Below are positions 38,061 through 51,579 of a stretch of 64,000 nt of DNA, in pieces. Source of the stretch: Antechinus flavipes (Eukaryota); NCBI RefSeq assembly GCF_016432865.1, contig NC_067399.1, positions 11,098,001 to 11,162,000 on the forward strand. Direction: 5' to 3'. Under the pieces are notes generated by a model. The model searched no databases. It had not been told where the DNA came from and worked only from the letters and a program-made list of their open reading frames with translations. The position numbers and the translations under genes were made by a program. Position 1 is the first letter of the stretch, and every line of letters begins with the position of its first letter.

Positions 38061-41000
38061 ACAAAACATTTACTAAGCACTTTCTATTTTCCAGGCATTT
38101 TGCTAAGCATTTTAGATATGAAGCAAGAAGCTTACATTACAATAGAGGAAGGAAACACAAAAAAGGGAGATAAACAGCATGGGAAGTATAGTATGATACA
38201 GAGACCACTCCAAGTGTAATGAAGGTCTGGTTCTGGGACAAGTGAGGCAAAAGTTGTCTTGTCAGAGCTCTAATCCATCCAAAGAATAGAACTAGATGCC
38301 CTGGATGGGTGTTATAAAGGTAGATTTAGGCTTGGCATAAAGAAAAATCAACCATCTTCTTAATAGCTAGAACTATTCCAGTATGAAGTGGCCTCCCTCA
38401 GAGGTTTGGGGTCCTTCTTCATTTCACTTCAAACAAAGTTGGAATGGTTTCTTGTTGGATGTGCTGTTGTTACTATGTGTGTTGTTATTGTGTGTGTGTG
38501 TGTGTGTATGTGTGTTCTAGGGTTGCCAATTATTGTCTTCCCCAGTAAAACTATAAATACTATTAAGGTAAAGATGCTATATATTACTTTGCATCTTTTG
38601 AGAAGAATGTTTTACTCTCCATACAATTTTTAAACTTGATAAATGATCATTATAATAAGACAGAGCTTTTCAGTCAATAAGGTTGTCAGGATCATTGATC
38701 TATGAGTAGAAAAGCAGCTGCTGCTGATGCTAATAGCTCTAATAAGGACATCAACCTCCCCACCCTTTCTCCAGTTCTTACTCTTTTCCTTCCCTTCCCT
38801 CTCTCTCTTTCTCATTGTTCTCTCCTTCTCACCCCAAAACATACAAAACCCCCACATGCAACACCATAGAAAAGAGCAGGAAGCCCATTTCTCAGGCTTC
38901 CTTCCCTCAAGATAGCCCAGGTACTATGGGTAGAGAAATGAGAAAAGGAGAGCCAGCTAAGACTTTGGTCTTTGATTCCTTGGTGTTTTGCCCCATCTGC
39001 CTGTGTTTGTGTTGCCCATTGTTGGATGTCTCATTGGGAAGATCTTGTGCATTGGGTTGTACTATAAACTTTCCACAGGTCTTAGGGATGGAAAATAAAG
39101 AGGATGAGCAGTGATGACTCAGACATAAAGTCAATGACCCGTTTTCCTGTCGGGATCTTCTTTCTGAGCTGAATTCTTTAATCTATTTTCCTACATCACT
39201 TAAATTTATCCTGTATCTTCCTTACTCCCCTAAAAACTTTTTTTAAAGAAAGAAGAGGAAAAAAAAATCAGCAAAACTGATCAATAGTTAGAGAAAACCC
39301 ACATGAAAATAGCTGGAATGTTCCCTACCCTAAGAACAGGTCATTATGGGATGAATGTTATAGGATGGAGGAATTTAATTTTTAATTCAATTTCCAAAAG
39401 GGGACAGGAATGGATTAGAGAAAAAAAGACATTGTCTATGTAAAAAACAAAACACTCTCATCAGCCTTCTCACCGGGCCTCCTTACTCCAACCCTGAGCT
39501 CTGAGCTTATAGATTGGTGGGCAGAGATTGTCTCACTTTCTGCATTTTTATCCCCCAAACTTAGTGCAATTCTTGGTATATAGTAATCACTTAATGAATG
39601 CTTACTCACTTATTAATTTGTGTACATACAAAGATAACAAATGGAAATAAATCAATTATAGACAGGGGTGGTTTGCAGATTTCCTCAAATGGAAAAGAGA
39701 ATCCGCAGAAAAATCTTAAGAGAAATGACAGGTTGGGAAGGGCTTTGAAGGTCAGGCAGAACTTAGCTTTGGAATCAAGTGCACTTGGGAAAGCAGTATA
39801 GGTTACTGAATAGTATGTGTGAGGGTTTGAAGGATTTGAGTGACACAGAATTTTAAAACTCCATTTATAAAGTCAACCGGGCCTTCACAATGATGCATTT
39901 TCTGTTATTTGAAGGGTTTTAAATTTGAATTTTGTGATTGAGCTTTGTTGGGTGATTTCCTGTAGAACTGGGATTAAGATTTAATTTTCTTGGCCCTAGC
40001 ACAAATGGATGGGCAGCTACAGATGAGAAAGGTTGAAGGTCATGAATGAGTTGTGACGTGACCCTCTAAATGGAGAGCCCACATTGAGGAAACCACAGAT
40101 TCCTTGAAATATTGAGATACACTAGATATTTGTTGAATTCAAATTAATAAACCAACAAGTACTTACTAAGTACCTAATATGTATCTGACACCTTATTAAA
40201 TACTGGGGATACAAAGACAAAAAGAAAATAGGCTCTGTTCTCAAGGAGATTCCTTTCAACTGTTGAATACAATAAATACACATAGAAGGAAATATAGTAT
40301 CTATACATTAGACAATAACCTTGGAGCCAGGAAGATGCATCCTGGTTGTATATGCTCTCGGCACGGAATTAAAGTTCTGAGAAGTTGTCAACCTATATAG
40401 ATGATAGATGGAATTTCCTTATTAAATAATTATCTATTTCAATAATGTCATAGGTTCATTTCCTGTCCCTATCCTATTTAAATAAATACAAGGTAATTTC
40501 GGTGAGAAACTTGGGGAATCGTAGCTCTTAAAATAAAATGAGCTTCCATTTTAAATAATTTTCCAAGTACTGAAGGCTTTTAATGAAGGCTAGTGACAGA
40601 TGGGTTCTAGGTTTGAGGTGATAAGAGACTGATTTCAGGTACTAGATTAGGGTAAAGTTAGATCCATACAAGGTACACACACAGAGGTGGTGAGTTAGAG
40701 TGGCAAGATCAAGAGATTTGGAAACTGGTGATCTGGGTTTTAGACAAGGTAAGTAACATTACTAAGCCTTCCTATTTCTCTAAAACAAATTAGGGTAATG
40801 CGTTTTAAGATTCTCTCAGTTGTAAATTTATGGTCCTATTCTAGGAAACATGGACTTACTAGATTGTTCAAGGTTACCCAAGGTGTGTGTGAGATTGGAT
40901 AAATGATTTTACTTTCTTTTGCCCTGTATCCCCATCTTTAAGATGGATAGGAAAGGGCTAGCCTGGGTCTTTTATCCCTAAATCTATACTTCTGTGATAT

Positions 41001-41619
41001 TAAATACTATAGAAATGTAAGCAATTATAATATCAATTGTAAATAGAACTGTCAATCTGAGTCTCATAGTTGGAAGGACCAATGGCCACTTAGTCCTCCC
41101 TATAACTTGCCCACACAGAATTAGCTGGATAGCTCCCTGTATCATTCCTCCCTACATTTGTATCTGTGAGATCTTTCAAATCATATGTTAAGAGCTAGAA
41201 AGGTCCTTTGAAGCTCTTTATCCAGCCTCTTCAAGAAATGCTTCTCAAGGAGACTCCATGATTTACTTATAGTGGTACAGCTAAGTGTCAGAGGCCAGTC
41301 TTGAACCCAGGTCCCCAGTCCCTCACATTCTCAACAGTGATTCTATGTGATGACACCCCATAGAGGCCAGACTGGAACACAAGAATGTGTGGCCAAAGTG
41401 CAGTGGTTAGACTAAGAATGTGACTGAGGGAACACTTACCCCCTCTTTTAGGACAACCCAGATTAATATGCTCCTCATGGTTCTAGAGAACACTGAGGGA
41501 TTTAAGAAGGGTGGGTCCCTTCTCTGATGCCATCAACTAAGTCCACACTGGCTGTGTTCCTGTCTTCCTGGCTCACTGTTAGTTCCAGGGACTAATTCCA
41601 CTGAAAAAAATCAACCTCA

Positions 41620-41815
41620 ATTCTTCTTCTTCTTCTTTTTTTTTATTATAGCTTTTTATTGACAGAACATATGGATGGGTAATTTTTCAACAATGACCTT
41701 TGCAAACACTTCTGTTCCAACTTTTCCCTTCCTTCCCTCCACCCCCTTTCCTAGATGGCAGGTAGTCCCATACATGTTAAACACCTCAATTCTCTTTTAC
41801 AAAGAATTATCTACT
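41620..41815 (-). mobile_element. Short L1 3'-end fragment (same 3' UTR type as the 26.9-kb L1)
   Basis: ttttattatagctttttattgacag...cacttctgttccaacttttccc...agatggcaggtagtcc. Confidence 0.85.
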
Positions 41816-42019
41816 TTGCAGTCATAGCAAGAACACATGCACAAGGATTGGGCCCATCCAGCACTTATTGGGGACAAGCTTTTAACTCAGGTCTAAATAA
41901 CACTGGTCCTGTCAGGTTTGAGTTCATGGCCAGTTGTGACATGACTCATGATGAATCCTTACCTCAGCTATCTCTGGTGAATCCAAAAGATCATTAATAA
42001 AGACTATTTCTTGCTCCTA

Positions 42020-42530
42020 TGAACATTGATGCTGAACTGGGTACAAAATCTGGATGCTAGCCATCAAGGATTTCAAGTTTCTAATCAGAAACTCCAATCT
42101 CTACTAAGAATAGAAAAAAGCAAACACAGAAGCTGAAGACTGTGGAAGACCTCCAACAGAGAGAAGACCCTTCTGTCCAAATAACATTATCTCTCACCAG
42201 ACACTATGAGTGAAGGAGCCTAACCACAAGAAAAAGAGCCAAAAAATGAGGAAAGAGATGGTAGCTTCCAAGGATTAGCTAATTATAGCTAATCAAAAGT
42301 TCCCTCTTTACCACACCCTTGGCCAAACAGGCCACAAAAAGTCTACATGAGCTCCATGGCTTTTCTATGGTACTTCCATTAATTTCATGAATCTTCAAGA
42401 GTCAGACTGCCCAGGCTTTCCACATGGAGAGACACCATCTGAAGCTCTCCAAAGCGCATTACATTGGGGAACAAGTTACCTCAGATCATCATATTTCAGG
42501 GATAAAAGTAAAAAAAAATAGTTGTTAGAG
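42020..42530 (+). mobile_element. Decayed L1 ORF1 remnant
   Basis: Frameshifted motifs LQSLLRIE (cf. QSLKIRIE), KTVEDLQQR (KTTDLENR), RITLGNKLPQIIIFQG (RITYPAKLSIILQG) in order; by-eye alignment. Confidence 0.45.
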
Positions 42531-42599
42531 GAAGCAAGCAGAAAAGCTGCTACAGACTGCTATCCCCTGCTAAAAATCCTTCTTCGGGTTGATGTTTGG

Positions 42600-43570
42600 A
42601 TGTCCAATAAGAATCAGATGGATTTTGGTTTGAGGCATGATCCTTAAAAAAGAAATCCAGCCAGTAAAGCTCAAAATATCTTAGGAGGGTTCAGAGGTAC
42701 AAAGGAGGGAAAAAATGATTTTAAGAGCATCTGTAGGTAAGGGTATGATTCTTTATGTGGACAGAGGGAGGGAAGCAGAGAAGGAATGGATGAAAAGAGG
42801 GAAGGAAGGAAAGAATGAAGGGAAGGAGCGAGAGAAGGAAGGAAGAAGGAAAGGAAGGAGAGAGAGAAGGAGGGAGGAATGAAAGAGAGAAGGAAAGAAG
42901 GAAGAGGAGGAAAAATGAAGGGAAGGAGGGATGGAGGAAGGAGTCTTCCAACTGACCAATTACAGGCCAGCTTTACCCTCAGAGGTTGTTGTTTGTCTTT
43001 CACTCTTTAAGAGGACCATGACATCAGGGGGGTTGATGGTATGGCACACAAGTGAATTGGATTTAAGTGAGGGAGACTGTTCAAGGTCACTTGCCTTACT
43101 TTCCCTTTCAGAACCATCTGGGTCCAGTGGCAAGATATAGACTAGAAATAGACCTGGATAAAATGGCATTTTTAAGCTAAAATCTTCAAGAAGTCTCAAT
43201 TTTACTGGGGTCACATCCATTCAGAAATTAGGGCTAGGTAACAATTGAAGCAAAGAATCTACCTTTTCACCTCATCCAAAGAAACCTAAATAAATAAATG
43301 AATCTGGGAGATGAGGGCCCTCGGTGTTTCTGGCCAAAGCAGAAATGATTGTGATTTACACTCAATCTGAGTCAATCAGGACCCAAACAATAAGAGTATC
43401 ATATCCTCTCCTACAGATGCTCTTAAAACTCTTTTCCCCCTCTTTGACACCTTTGAACTCTCCCAAGATATCTGGCTAGATTTCTTTCTTAATGACCATG
43501 TCTTAAACCAAAAATGACTTGATTTATTTGGCCACCAATAAGTCCTATGTCAAGCCCCTTTTGGTCTTTT
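42600..43570 (-). mobile_element. RTE-derived marsupial SINE pieces (WALLSI-like), rearranged, with GGAA tract 42760-42940
   Basis: gttgttgtttgtctttcactctttaagaggaccatgacatcagg...gtgaattggatttaagtgaggga...ccatctgggtccagtggcaagatatag. About 150-bp inverted homology between 42600-42750 and 43395-43545. Confidence 0.7.
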
Positions 43571-44005
43571 TCAGTCTCAGGTGTTTGATCTCTCAGGAAA
43601 AAAGTCATCTTTGGCAACATTGCCTTTGAAATACTGTTCCCCTTTTCTTATTTTTTTAAAATCACTCTACAAGTTAGCCCACCTAGCAAGATCAAAAAGC
43701 ACATACACACTCAAATACCACCTGCCAAATAGCTTCTTTCCCCTGGAGCCATTCAGACTCTATGAAACTATTCTTTCAGACCCAGAATGAGTGAGAGATC
43801 ATTTATGGGTTCTTAAGTCAAAAAATGTGTTTTTTTTTTTGTGTGTATGTATGTTTATTACATTTTGTATATCAGAAATAAAGATAAATAAGAAAAATGC
43901 TCTGAAATGCTTCCTAAAAATGAATATTCCCTGACTATTAATAAGAACTCAAATATCTATATTGATTCACCATTAAATCAGCAAGCATCTATTAATAATA
44001 ATCTA

Positions 44006-44086
44006 ATATATATATGTGTATATATATATATGTATATATATATGTGTATATATATATATGTATATATATATGTGTATATATATATA
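44006..44086. repeat. Compound (TA)n/(TG) microsatellite
   Basis: Read directly. Confidence 0.95.
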
Positions 44087-46052
44087 GTGTAATTATATAC
44101 CAAGGACTATACTGGGTACTAAAAGAAAAACTAAAGCTCTTGTCCTTAAGGAACTCATATTATTTCATAGTGTTTCCCAAGAATTTTTGTTACCATTGTA
44201 AAATGGGTAGTGCATCTAATGCTAGTACCATTTTGTAAAGGACAAAACAGGTTTAATAAGGGGAAATGATTTGGCCAAATTAGCACTCAAATTGAGGTCA
44301 ATTAACCAAGCAATCCCTTGGCAAAGATTTACCAAGTGTTTATTGTGAATTAAGCACTGACACAGGTCAGATGATTGTAGGTTTGGGCCAAAAGGATGTT
44401 AGTCGTCTCCTTTTTGTAGATGGAGAAGCTGAGATTCGTAAAGTGATTGGTACAAGATCCAGTAGTTTATAAAAATCGGATATGAAACTGGGTTTCAACC
44501 TAAGTCTTTGTTCATATTCCACTTCATCTTGACCTTCTCTGCTGTATCCACACTTTGCTGACCCTGCCCTCTTGGGCACAGCATCATCCCTAGTCCCTTT
44601 CTCCTGTCTCCACCTCTACCTCTGACTAATGACTCTAGCTGGTCTGTTTCTTGATCCTGCTTGTCCTGTTCTGCTGCTGGGATCTGTATTGGCCTCTGTC
44701 ATTGGCATTTCAGGATCCAGCCAGTGGGGATCGCAGTTCTATGAAAAGAACATTGAACTTGAAATTATCCTGACTTCAGATCTGAGCTTTGCTGCTTATG
44801 ATCTGCATCACTTTGACAAGTCACCTCAATTGTCAAATGAAGGGATTGGATCAGATGGCATCTGAGGTCCCTTCCAGCTCTAAATCTGTGATCCTCTCTG
44901 CTCCTCTGTTCACATGACTATTTAGTGTCAAACACTATTAGCAGTTTATATGCTTAGGTCTCCAAGTTCAATGCTCTGGACGTTGTTTATTTTCTGCTAG
45001 ATATTTTGCCTGCAGTTAAAGTTTATTGCTATCTGCTGAGTCATTTCACTTTAGTTGTACTTCTGTGTTCTAAACAGGCAGGTTGTAGCCACAGATCTGC
45101 TTAACTTGAAAAAATATTTCATTTGATTTTTTCTGTTTACCTTTTTATAGCTAAAATATACCTCTTCCTTTAATCTGTTTAACTTCTCTCCATTTATTTT
45201 TAAATATGTACATTAGGTTTTATTTCCTGGGTAGAAAGAGAAGATGGCTTGCTCTTAAGGTGTGTAGTCTCTCTGAGTGTTCCCTTGGCATTCAGGAAAT
45301 TCAAGGAAGGCTTCCACCATATTGAATGGTTCCAGTGTATTTGTGGGAAAACATGGATAAGAGTCACATGGGATGAAGATCTGTGAATAGAGCTTATTCT
45401 ACATAGAACAAATGGATATACAATGACAGGTCCATTGGGGGTAGTTCAAGAAACAAAGCATATACTCAAAGAAATTAAGTCAGGTACAATTTGATACCTT
45501 TCTTATTAATCATACTTAAGAGTCTGAATCTTTTCTTTCTCTCATCATTTTAGCCTTGAACAAAAGAAAACACAAGGTATTTGAACAGTGACTATTTTCT
45601 CCCTGCCATTTCGTTGGTGACAAAGTCCCAGTACTAGGATTAGACCGCTGGCTCTGTAACTTCGATATGGCCAAGCTGGATCGCACAGTGTCCCATCTTT
45701 TGTCAACTTTAATCCTTTCCTTATCCCCTTAAAATTTGTGCTTTCCCTCTTTACTCTCCAATTTATCTTTTATATATCTTGTTTCTTCATTGTTTCATTC
45801 TATTTCTCCCACTTGAGGGCAGGGAATTTTTTTTTTTTTTTTGCTTTTATTAGGATTTCCAGTGCTTGGTACAGACCCTGGCACATAGTAGAAGCTTAAT
45901 AAATGTTTTTGATTGACTGCATTTGCACACACCATCCTCTTTATATAGAATACAGAAATGATTATTTAAATAGAAGGGACTTAAGAGAAGCTGGTGAGAC
46001 CTTTTCTTGAGTCAGTTCCATTCTGTGGAGTCTGTTTATCTCAGTGGCTTAT

Positions 46053-46054
<2 letters not shown>

Positions 46055-46102
<48 letters not shown>
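46055..46102. repeat. (TG)24 microsatellite
   Basis: Read directly. Confidence 0.97.
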
Positions 46103-46106
<4 letters not shown>

Positions 46107-47739
46107 CCTCGGAATTAGGCTGTGCTGTAACTGCTGGAGATCTTTGCAATAGAGCTTCTTAAAGGAGGCAATGACAACTCTATGGCACGATGTGTGCTCT
46201 ACCTGTGCCCTTGAAAACTCCTTCAAGCCCTTCCTTGTCCCCTTTGGCCAGTCTGTAGTAGAGCTTATAGGGTCAAAGTAATTTGTGGTCCAAGGATCCC
46301 GACACCTTTCTTCCTTGGCCCTTATTTGGTGAGGGACATGGTTTACTCCTCTTCTCTCTGTGTGTGAATGTCAGCCAGCACAATTATGTCTTTATGGAAA
46401 CAATGATACCAATTATCAGGTCAACTAAAATGCAGTATTTCTTCTTAACTACTTTAATAACCTTTTACCTGCTAAATAAAAAAGAAGGTCAGCCAACATC
46501 ATTTCAGTGTAACTCTGCTCCCTACTGCAAAAGGCTGGAGCTAAGCAGAGGTTATTAATAAGAAGATACTAAAAGCATAATTAATTGCTTAATTTAAGAA
46601 CCCCCATCAATTATTAGGCTGTGACCACAGCTGACATTACAAAAATTAAGCCCCAGTTGCAGTGGTCAGAGTTTGCTGATATCCCAAGGAAGCTAACAAT
46701 GTTTGCTTGCAGTGGATTCTTCCTCATTAAGGATCTATTATTTCAAAATAGAATAGGACTCAGAGGTCATGTAAACCTGTCCATACCTGAATAAGAGTCT
46801 TCTCTGGACTATAGCTACAAGAAATCTTCTGGTTTAGGTTAAAGGCGCTTCAGAAAGGAGAACGGTCTCATTCCTAAGGTGACCCATTCTGTCTTCAGAC
46901 CATTGTATTTGTTGGCATTGTTGCCACATGTATGTTTACCTCTTTGTAGCTTCCATTCATTGCTCCTAATTCTGCCCACTGGGGTCAAGTATAAAATGAA
47001 AATGATGATAATAATAGCTAGTGTCTTTTTGTATGCTAAAGTTTACAAAATGTTTTAGAAATGTTGTCTGATCAGAAATAATATCTCCTCGACATCTCTG
47101 ATAAGTAAGTGGAATTGTTGTCCCTTTTTTGATGAAGAAATTGAGACAAAGGTTTATGAATTGCCCAAGGGACACAAAGCTAGTAAGAGTCTGAAGCTAG
47201 ATTTCAACTAAGGACTTCCTGTCTCCAATCCAGCCAGAACTCTTTCTGGCCATCTAGCTCTTCCACCAAGTCTGATTTTCTGACACAAGTAATAACTTCA
47301 AATGTATGAAGATAGAATGTTCTCTTCCAAAATTTTTCTTCTTTTGGTTAAATAATTCCTTCTTTCTTTCCCTTTTGCCTCTTCATAATCCACATTTTCT
47401 ATGTCTTCATTTCTACCCTACTTCTCAAACTTTTTCTTTGACTGTCCTACTTTGTCCTTATTATATCTTTCTTTTTATTACTCTGAACTTTATTATTATT
47501 GTTTCTAAATCTTCTTTTACCCAGTCCAAATAAGACTGTAATCCTGTGTGATCTCTTCTCTCTTTCACTTTCACCTCCATGTTTGAATTATAATACATAT
47601 CTCCATCTCCCTCATTCTCCTTTTTTAGTATTATTTTTTGTTCACCATTTTTTTTTTTTTGGTTAAGGACCACGCATAAGTATGAAACCCAGAAAGCCTG
47701 TAAAGGGTTAAAAGGAACTGTATCATTAAGGGATGGATC

Positions 47740-48375
47740 AGTTTTCCAAAAGCCCCCACAACTGTGAATCTTAACACACTTGAAGGAATTGCAAATCAGC
47801 CTTTACGGACACAGATGTTGCTTGTGAATTGGGAATGAAATAAATTGGAGGGAAGACAAAAGAGGAGAGAGGTCAGAGAATGCAACTGCCTCCCAGGCTC
47901 CTTGTATCATTATCGTCTTCTCACATGAAGGGATCTATTCTGCTGGCCAGAATTAGATCCCTAGCAGCCACTAGCAGATTGCACCTGTATCAAATGGTGC
48001 CCAATGTGGGGCACAAGAAACCCAAGAAACAAAGAAGCAGCAGCACTTGAGAGCTGTTTATGAGAAGGACCCTCCCAGGAGACTTCCTTCAGTAACCTTT
48101 GGGGAAAGATAGGGAGAAGAGACCTGGTAAGATTTTTTTCAGTTGGAGTAATTAAAATGGGCCAACACATCAAAAGGCAGAGCCAAGAGACTCATGAGGG
48201 ACTTATAAAAAATGCCTACTCTGACTACAATCCTACTTCTCTGTTTGTCAGAAAGTTTTCCTCCATGAAATAAATTGAAGGCTAGAGGAAAGAGGAGAGA
48301 GGCTACCTTACATGAAGGGATCTTTTCTGCTGGTCAGAATTAGATCTCCAGGAGCCAATAATAGATTGCTCCTGT
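47740..48375. repeat. Interspersed repeat, copy 2 (47740-48000), plus internally deleted partial copy (48260-48375)
   Basis: acatgaagggatctattctgctggccagaattagatccctagcagcca (47923) vs acatgaagggatcttttctgctggtcagaattagatctccaggagcca (48310); both homologous to 20860-21120. Confidence 0.85.
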
Positions 48376-49369
48376 AATAGATTTTGTTTTCTAAAACTTT
48401 TCATTTGCCTTTATAATTTATTTATTTTTTCTTATTAATCCTTAGAGACAATGATATTATCAAGGGACAACAGAACTTTCTCTCACTGAGAATGTGTAAT
48501 CATACCCATCAATTTGCTCTTTTTACTTGTCCAAATTTATGTATCTTTTATAAATTTTCTTTGCTGAATTTGTTTTTTGAAGAGCATAACTATCTCTGGT
48601 TTTCTTACTAACAATGTTTGAAAATTATTTTAAAGCCCATTCTTCTATCCCCAGTATAGGATTATGTTGAAATTTGCAGATTAATAAATTCTTTTGGGGG
48701 TTTGCAACAATCTTTGTCTTTCAGAACCATATTCTATCCTTGTTAAAACATGGATTCTGCCTTGGGTCTTTGGGCTCTGATAGGTGGGCTTTAATATCTT
48801 CTTTCATTGCCTGGCTAATTCTAAATCATGCCAGCTATACTCTTCCCCCACCCCAGAAATACATACCTGTATCTGCCTGATCTCATCTCTACTTTCCAGT
48901 TCTAGCTTCCCTTTATGTTGTCTTTCCCTAGTAGAATTTAAGCAGGGGGTATCTTGCTTCTTATATTTATATGCCCGCTGCTCAGAACATGCCTAGCATG
49001 AAGCAAATGGATGGATAGTGCTGGACTTGCTCTCAGGAACACATGAATTCAAATTTGGCCTCAGATACTTCCTAGCTGTTTGACCATGGGCAAGTCATTT
49101 AACTTTGATGTGACTCAGTTTCTTCATCTACAAAATGAGTAAAACAAAGGTGTCTACATTTAGGTGGTTATGATTGAGTGAGATGATATTTGTAAAGGGC
49201 TTTGCAAAATGTAAGGTGCTATACAAATCTCAGCTATTATTATTCTTAATAAAAGTATTTTAATTTATTCTTCCTTTAGTCTTCTTTCCTTTTTTGCTCT
49301 TGATACATGATCTTATGCTTGTCTAAGAGATGCTTTTGTATTTATTTGATCTGCTATTTTTTCTGTCCT

Positions 49370-49680
49370 GGAAATTGGGGAACCAGATGGTCACCATTTA
49401 TGGATCTTTATATTCCAGAAACTTAAAGCCCTTTGTCTGAGACTGGTTGCCTTTCTCTGGACTTTCTAGCTTATCACTACTCTTCTGAAAATGTGGCACT
49501 CAGAGTTGAATCTAATAATCTAAATGTGGTCCAACCAGGCAGAGAACAACATCATTATTTCCAGATACCATTCTTTCTTAATTCTGCCTGAGACCCTGTT
49601 AGTCTTTGGAGTTGAGAGATCACATTGCTTTCATCAAGCTGAGTATTGCTTCTATTAAGAAAAGCCCAACCTTTTCTTCA
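49370..49680 (-). mobile_element. CR1/L3 fragment
   Basis: gaaaatgtggcactcagagttgaatctaataatctaaatgtggtccaaccaggcagag (antisense of the CR1 3' ORF). Confidence 0.6.
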
Positions 49681-50224
49681 AGAGGCAACGTTAGATAAAA
49701 ACAGCCTGATTTTGGTGCAAGAGGATCTGGGCTCAAATCCCACTTTTGTCTTTTGCTATCCACGAACCTTTGGCTATGACATTTAACTCCTCAGGACTTC
49801 AGTTTCTCTTCTGTAAAATGAGGGCTAGGTGGTCTCTAAGGTCCCTTCCAAATCTAGATCTACAATCATTTGGCTTTGACTTAATTGATTAGTGAGTTGG
49901 TTGAGCCCAAAAAAGTCATTAATGTGAGACTAAAGTATGAGTCTGTACTAAATATGAGCTCTTGAAAAGTAGTGACTGATTATTATTATTTTTTGTCTTT
50001 GTATCCCTAGTGCATCTTAAATTGAGTTGGTCATTGAATGAAGAAATAGTCTCTGCACTCAAACTTACATTCAAAGCCATTTTATGCCCATTTTATGTTC
50101 TAAGAACATAGTGTCATCTGTCACAAGGAATTATCAATGAATGATGCATAGAAGTTTACATTTTTTCTTACTAAATAAGAAAACAAAAGAAAATTGGGGA
50201 TCAACAATTTTATAGAATAGTGAT

Positions 50225-50510
50225 AAATAGAACAATGAATTGGATGTTAGCACCTTTGTGGAATATGCATTCAAAAATCTATCCAAAGTCAAGTTGTTTC
50301 TGAATCTTTGTAATTCCATTGGGGTTTTCTTGGTAAAGATATTGGAATGGTTTGCCATTTCCTTCTACAGCTAATTTTACACAGGAGAAAACTGAGGCAA
50401 GCAGGGTAAAGTGACTTACTCAAGGTCATACTGCTAGTAAGTGTCTGGAACTGGATTTGAACTCAGGTTCAAATTTTGCTCCTTCAGTGTCTCTCAGCAC
50501 CATCTAGGTT
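50225..50510 (-). mobile_element. Mar1-type SINE
   Basis: ggggttttcttggtaaagatattggaatggtttgccatttccttct...ggaactggatttgaactcagg. Confidence 0.85.
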
Positions 50511-50569
50511 GTCTCAAATTATACTGCAATACCATCATAGAAGCACTTATCTACCTTTGAAATCATCTA

Positions 50570-50810
50570 AGCTAGAGATTCTTAACTTTTTTTTTGTTGT
50601 TGTTTAAGGATAGTTTGATGAAACCAGACAATGGACCCTCTTAGGGCAATCTAGTAAACCCATGGGCCTCTTCTAATAATAATATTTTAAAAGGCATGAA
50701 TAAAATAAATCATATAGATTATAAAAGAAACTCATTAAATTGAAATACATTATCAAAATATTTTTTAAAAGATAAGTTCACAGATCATCAGGCTCAGAAC
50801 TCTGGATCTA
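50570..50810. mobile_element. hAT-Charlie-like non-autonomous DNA transposon
   Basis: agagattcttaacttttt...atggacc...gggcctcttctaataat...attgaaatacattatcaaaatatttt...aagttcacagatcatcaggctcagaactctg; degenerate terminal inverted repeats. Confidence 0.65.
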
Positions 50811-51579
50811 AGCCAGTTCTATAGCTGGAAAAATAGTCATTCAGACTACACTTGAAAACTTTCAGTGATAGGGACCACATTATTTAAAGAGGAAGTTCAT
50901 TCTGTTTTCAGTAGTTGGGCGTCTTATTTTCTAAGCTGTTACTCTTTATGCAAAGGCTTCCTTCTATTGGCTATATATATCTTGTATGAAAGTTGTCTAC
51001 CTTTAGACAGGACAGTAAGCTCCCTGTTCTCAAGCAAGCTGTTTGAGAAAAGCGACTCTTTTTGTTTTCCTTTTGTAGCTTTACCTCTAAGCAATTTAAG
51101 GAGAGTGATTTTTTTTTTTTTGAGCAAGCTCTTACTTGTTGATTGACCATTTTGAATATCAAGTCTCTGACACTACCTCCCTAACTCTTGGCCAGTTCAA
51201 AGGCATGCTCAAGGGAAGTACTATCAGCAATGAAAGCAGATCCAGTTAGGCTTTCATTTTAATGAATAGTCTTTGAAGGTTACAAAGAGTTCTACCAGAT
51301 GTTATTTCATTTTGTCATAACAATTCTGAAAAGTAATGTTATTATTGTTTGTTTTGTAGTTGAAGGAAACTGAGGAAGACAGACATTAGATGATTTTCTC
51401 CGAGTCACACAGCTAGTAAATATTTGAAGCAGATTTTGAATTCAGATCTTCCTGATTCCAGGTCTAGTTATCTATGCACTGTGCCAAATGGGTTCCTCTA
51501 GCTGAAGTATATCAAGGATCTGGGATCCATCAAGGGCAGGGGTCATAGCAGACAGCATATGGCTGGTCTTATTTCTGTT

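Noticed and set aside
37634-38080. 148-aa and 110-aa ORFs
   Set aside because: Stop-free translation of a degenerate tetranucleotide repeat; the same applies to 42671-43003 (GGAA tract).
42020-42620. Filovirus VP35-like endogenous viral element (LKTVEDL, GETPSEAL, QKS)
   Set aside because: The matches need several large inconsistent gaps. The same bases fit L1 ORF1 motifs better (RIT...KL..II.QG), and the 3' part is RTE-SINE.
45600-45730. Short CpG-containing open frame FVGDKVPVLGLDRWLCNFDMAKLDRTVSHLL
   Set aside because: Stop immediately upstream, no splice acceptor and no recognisable homology.
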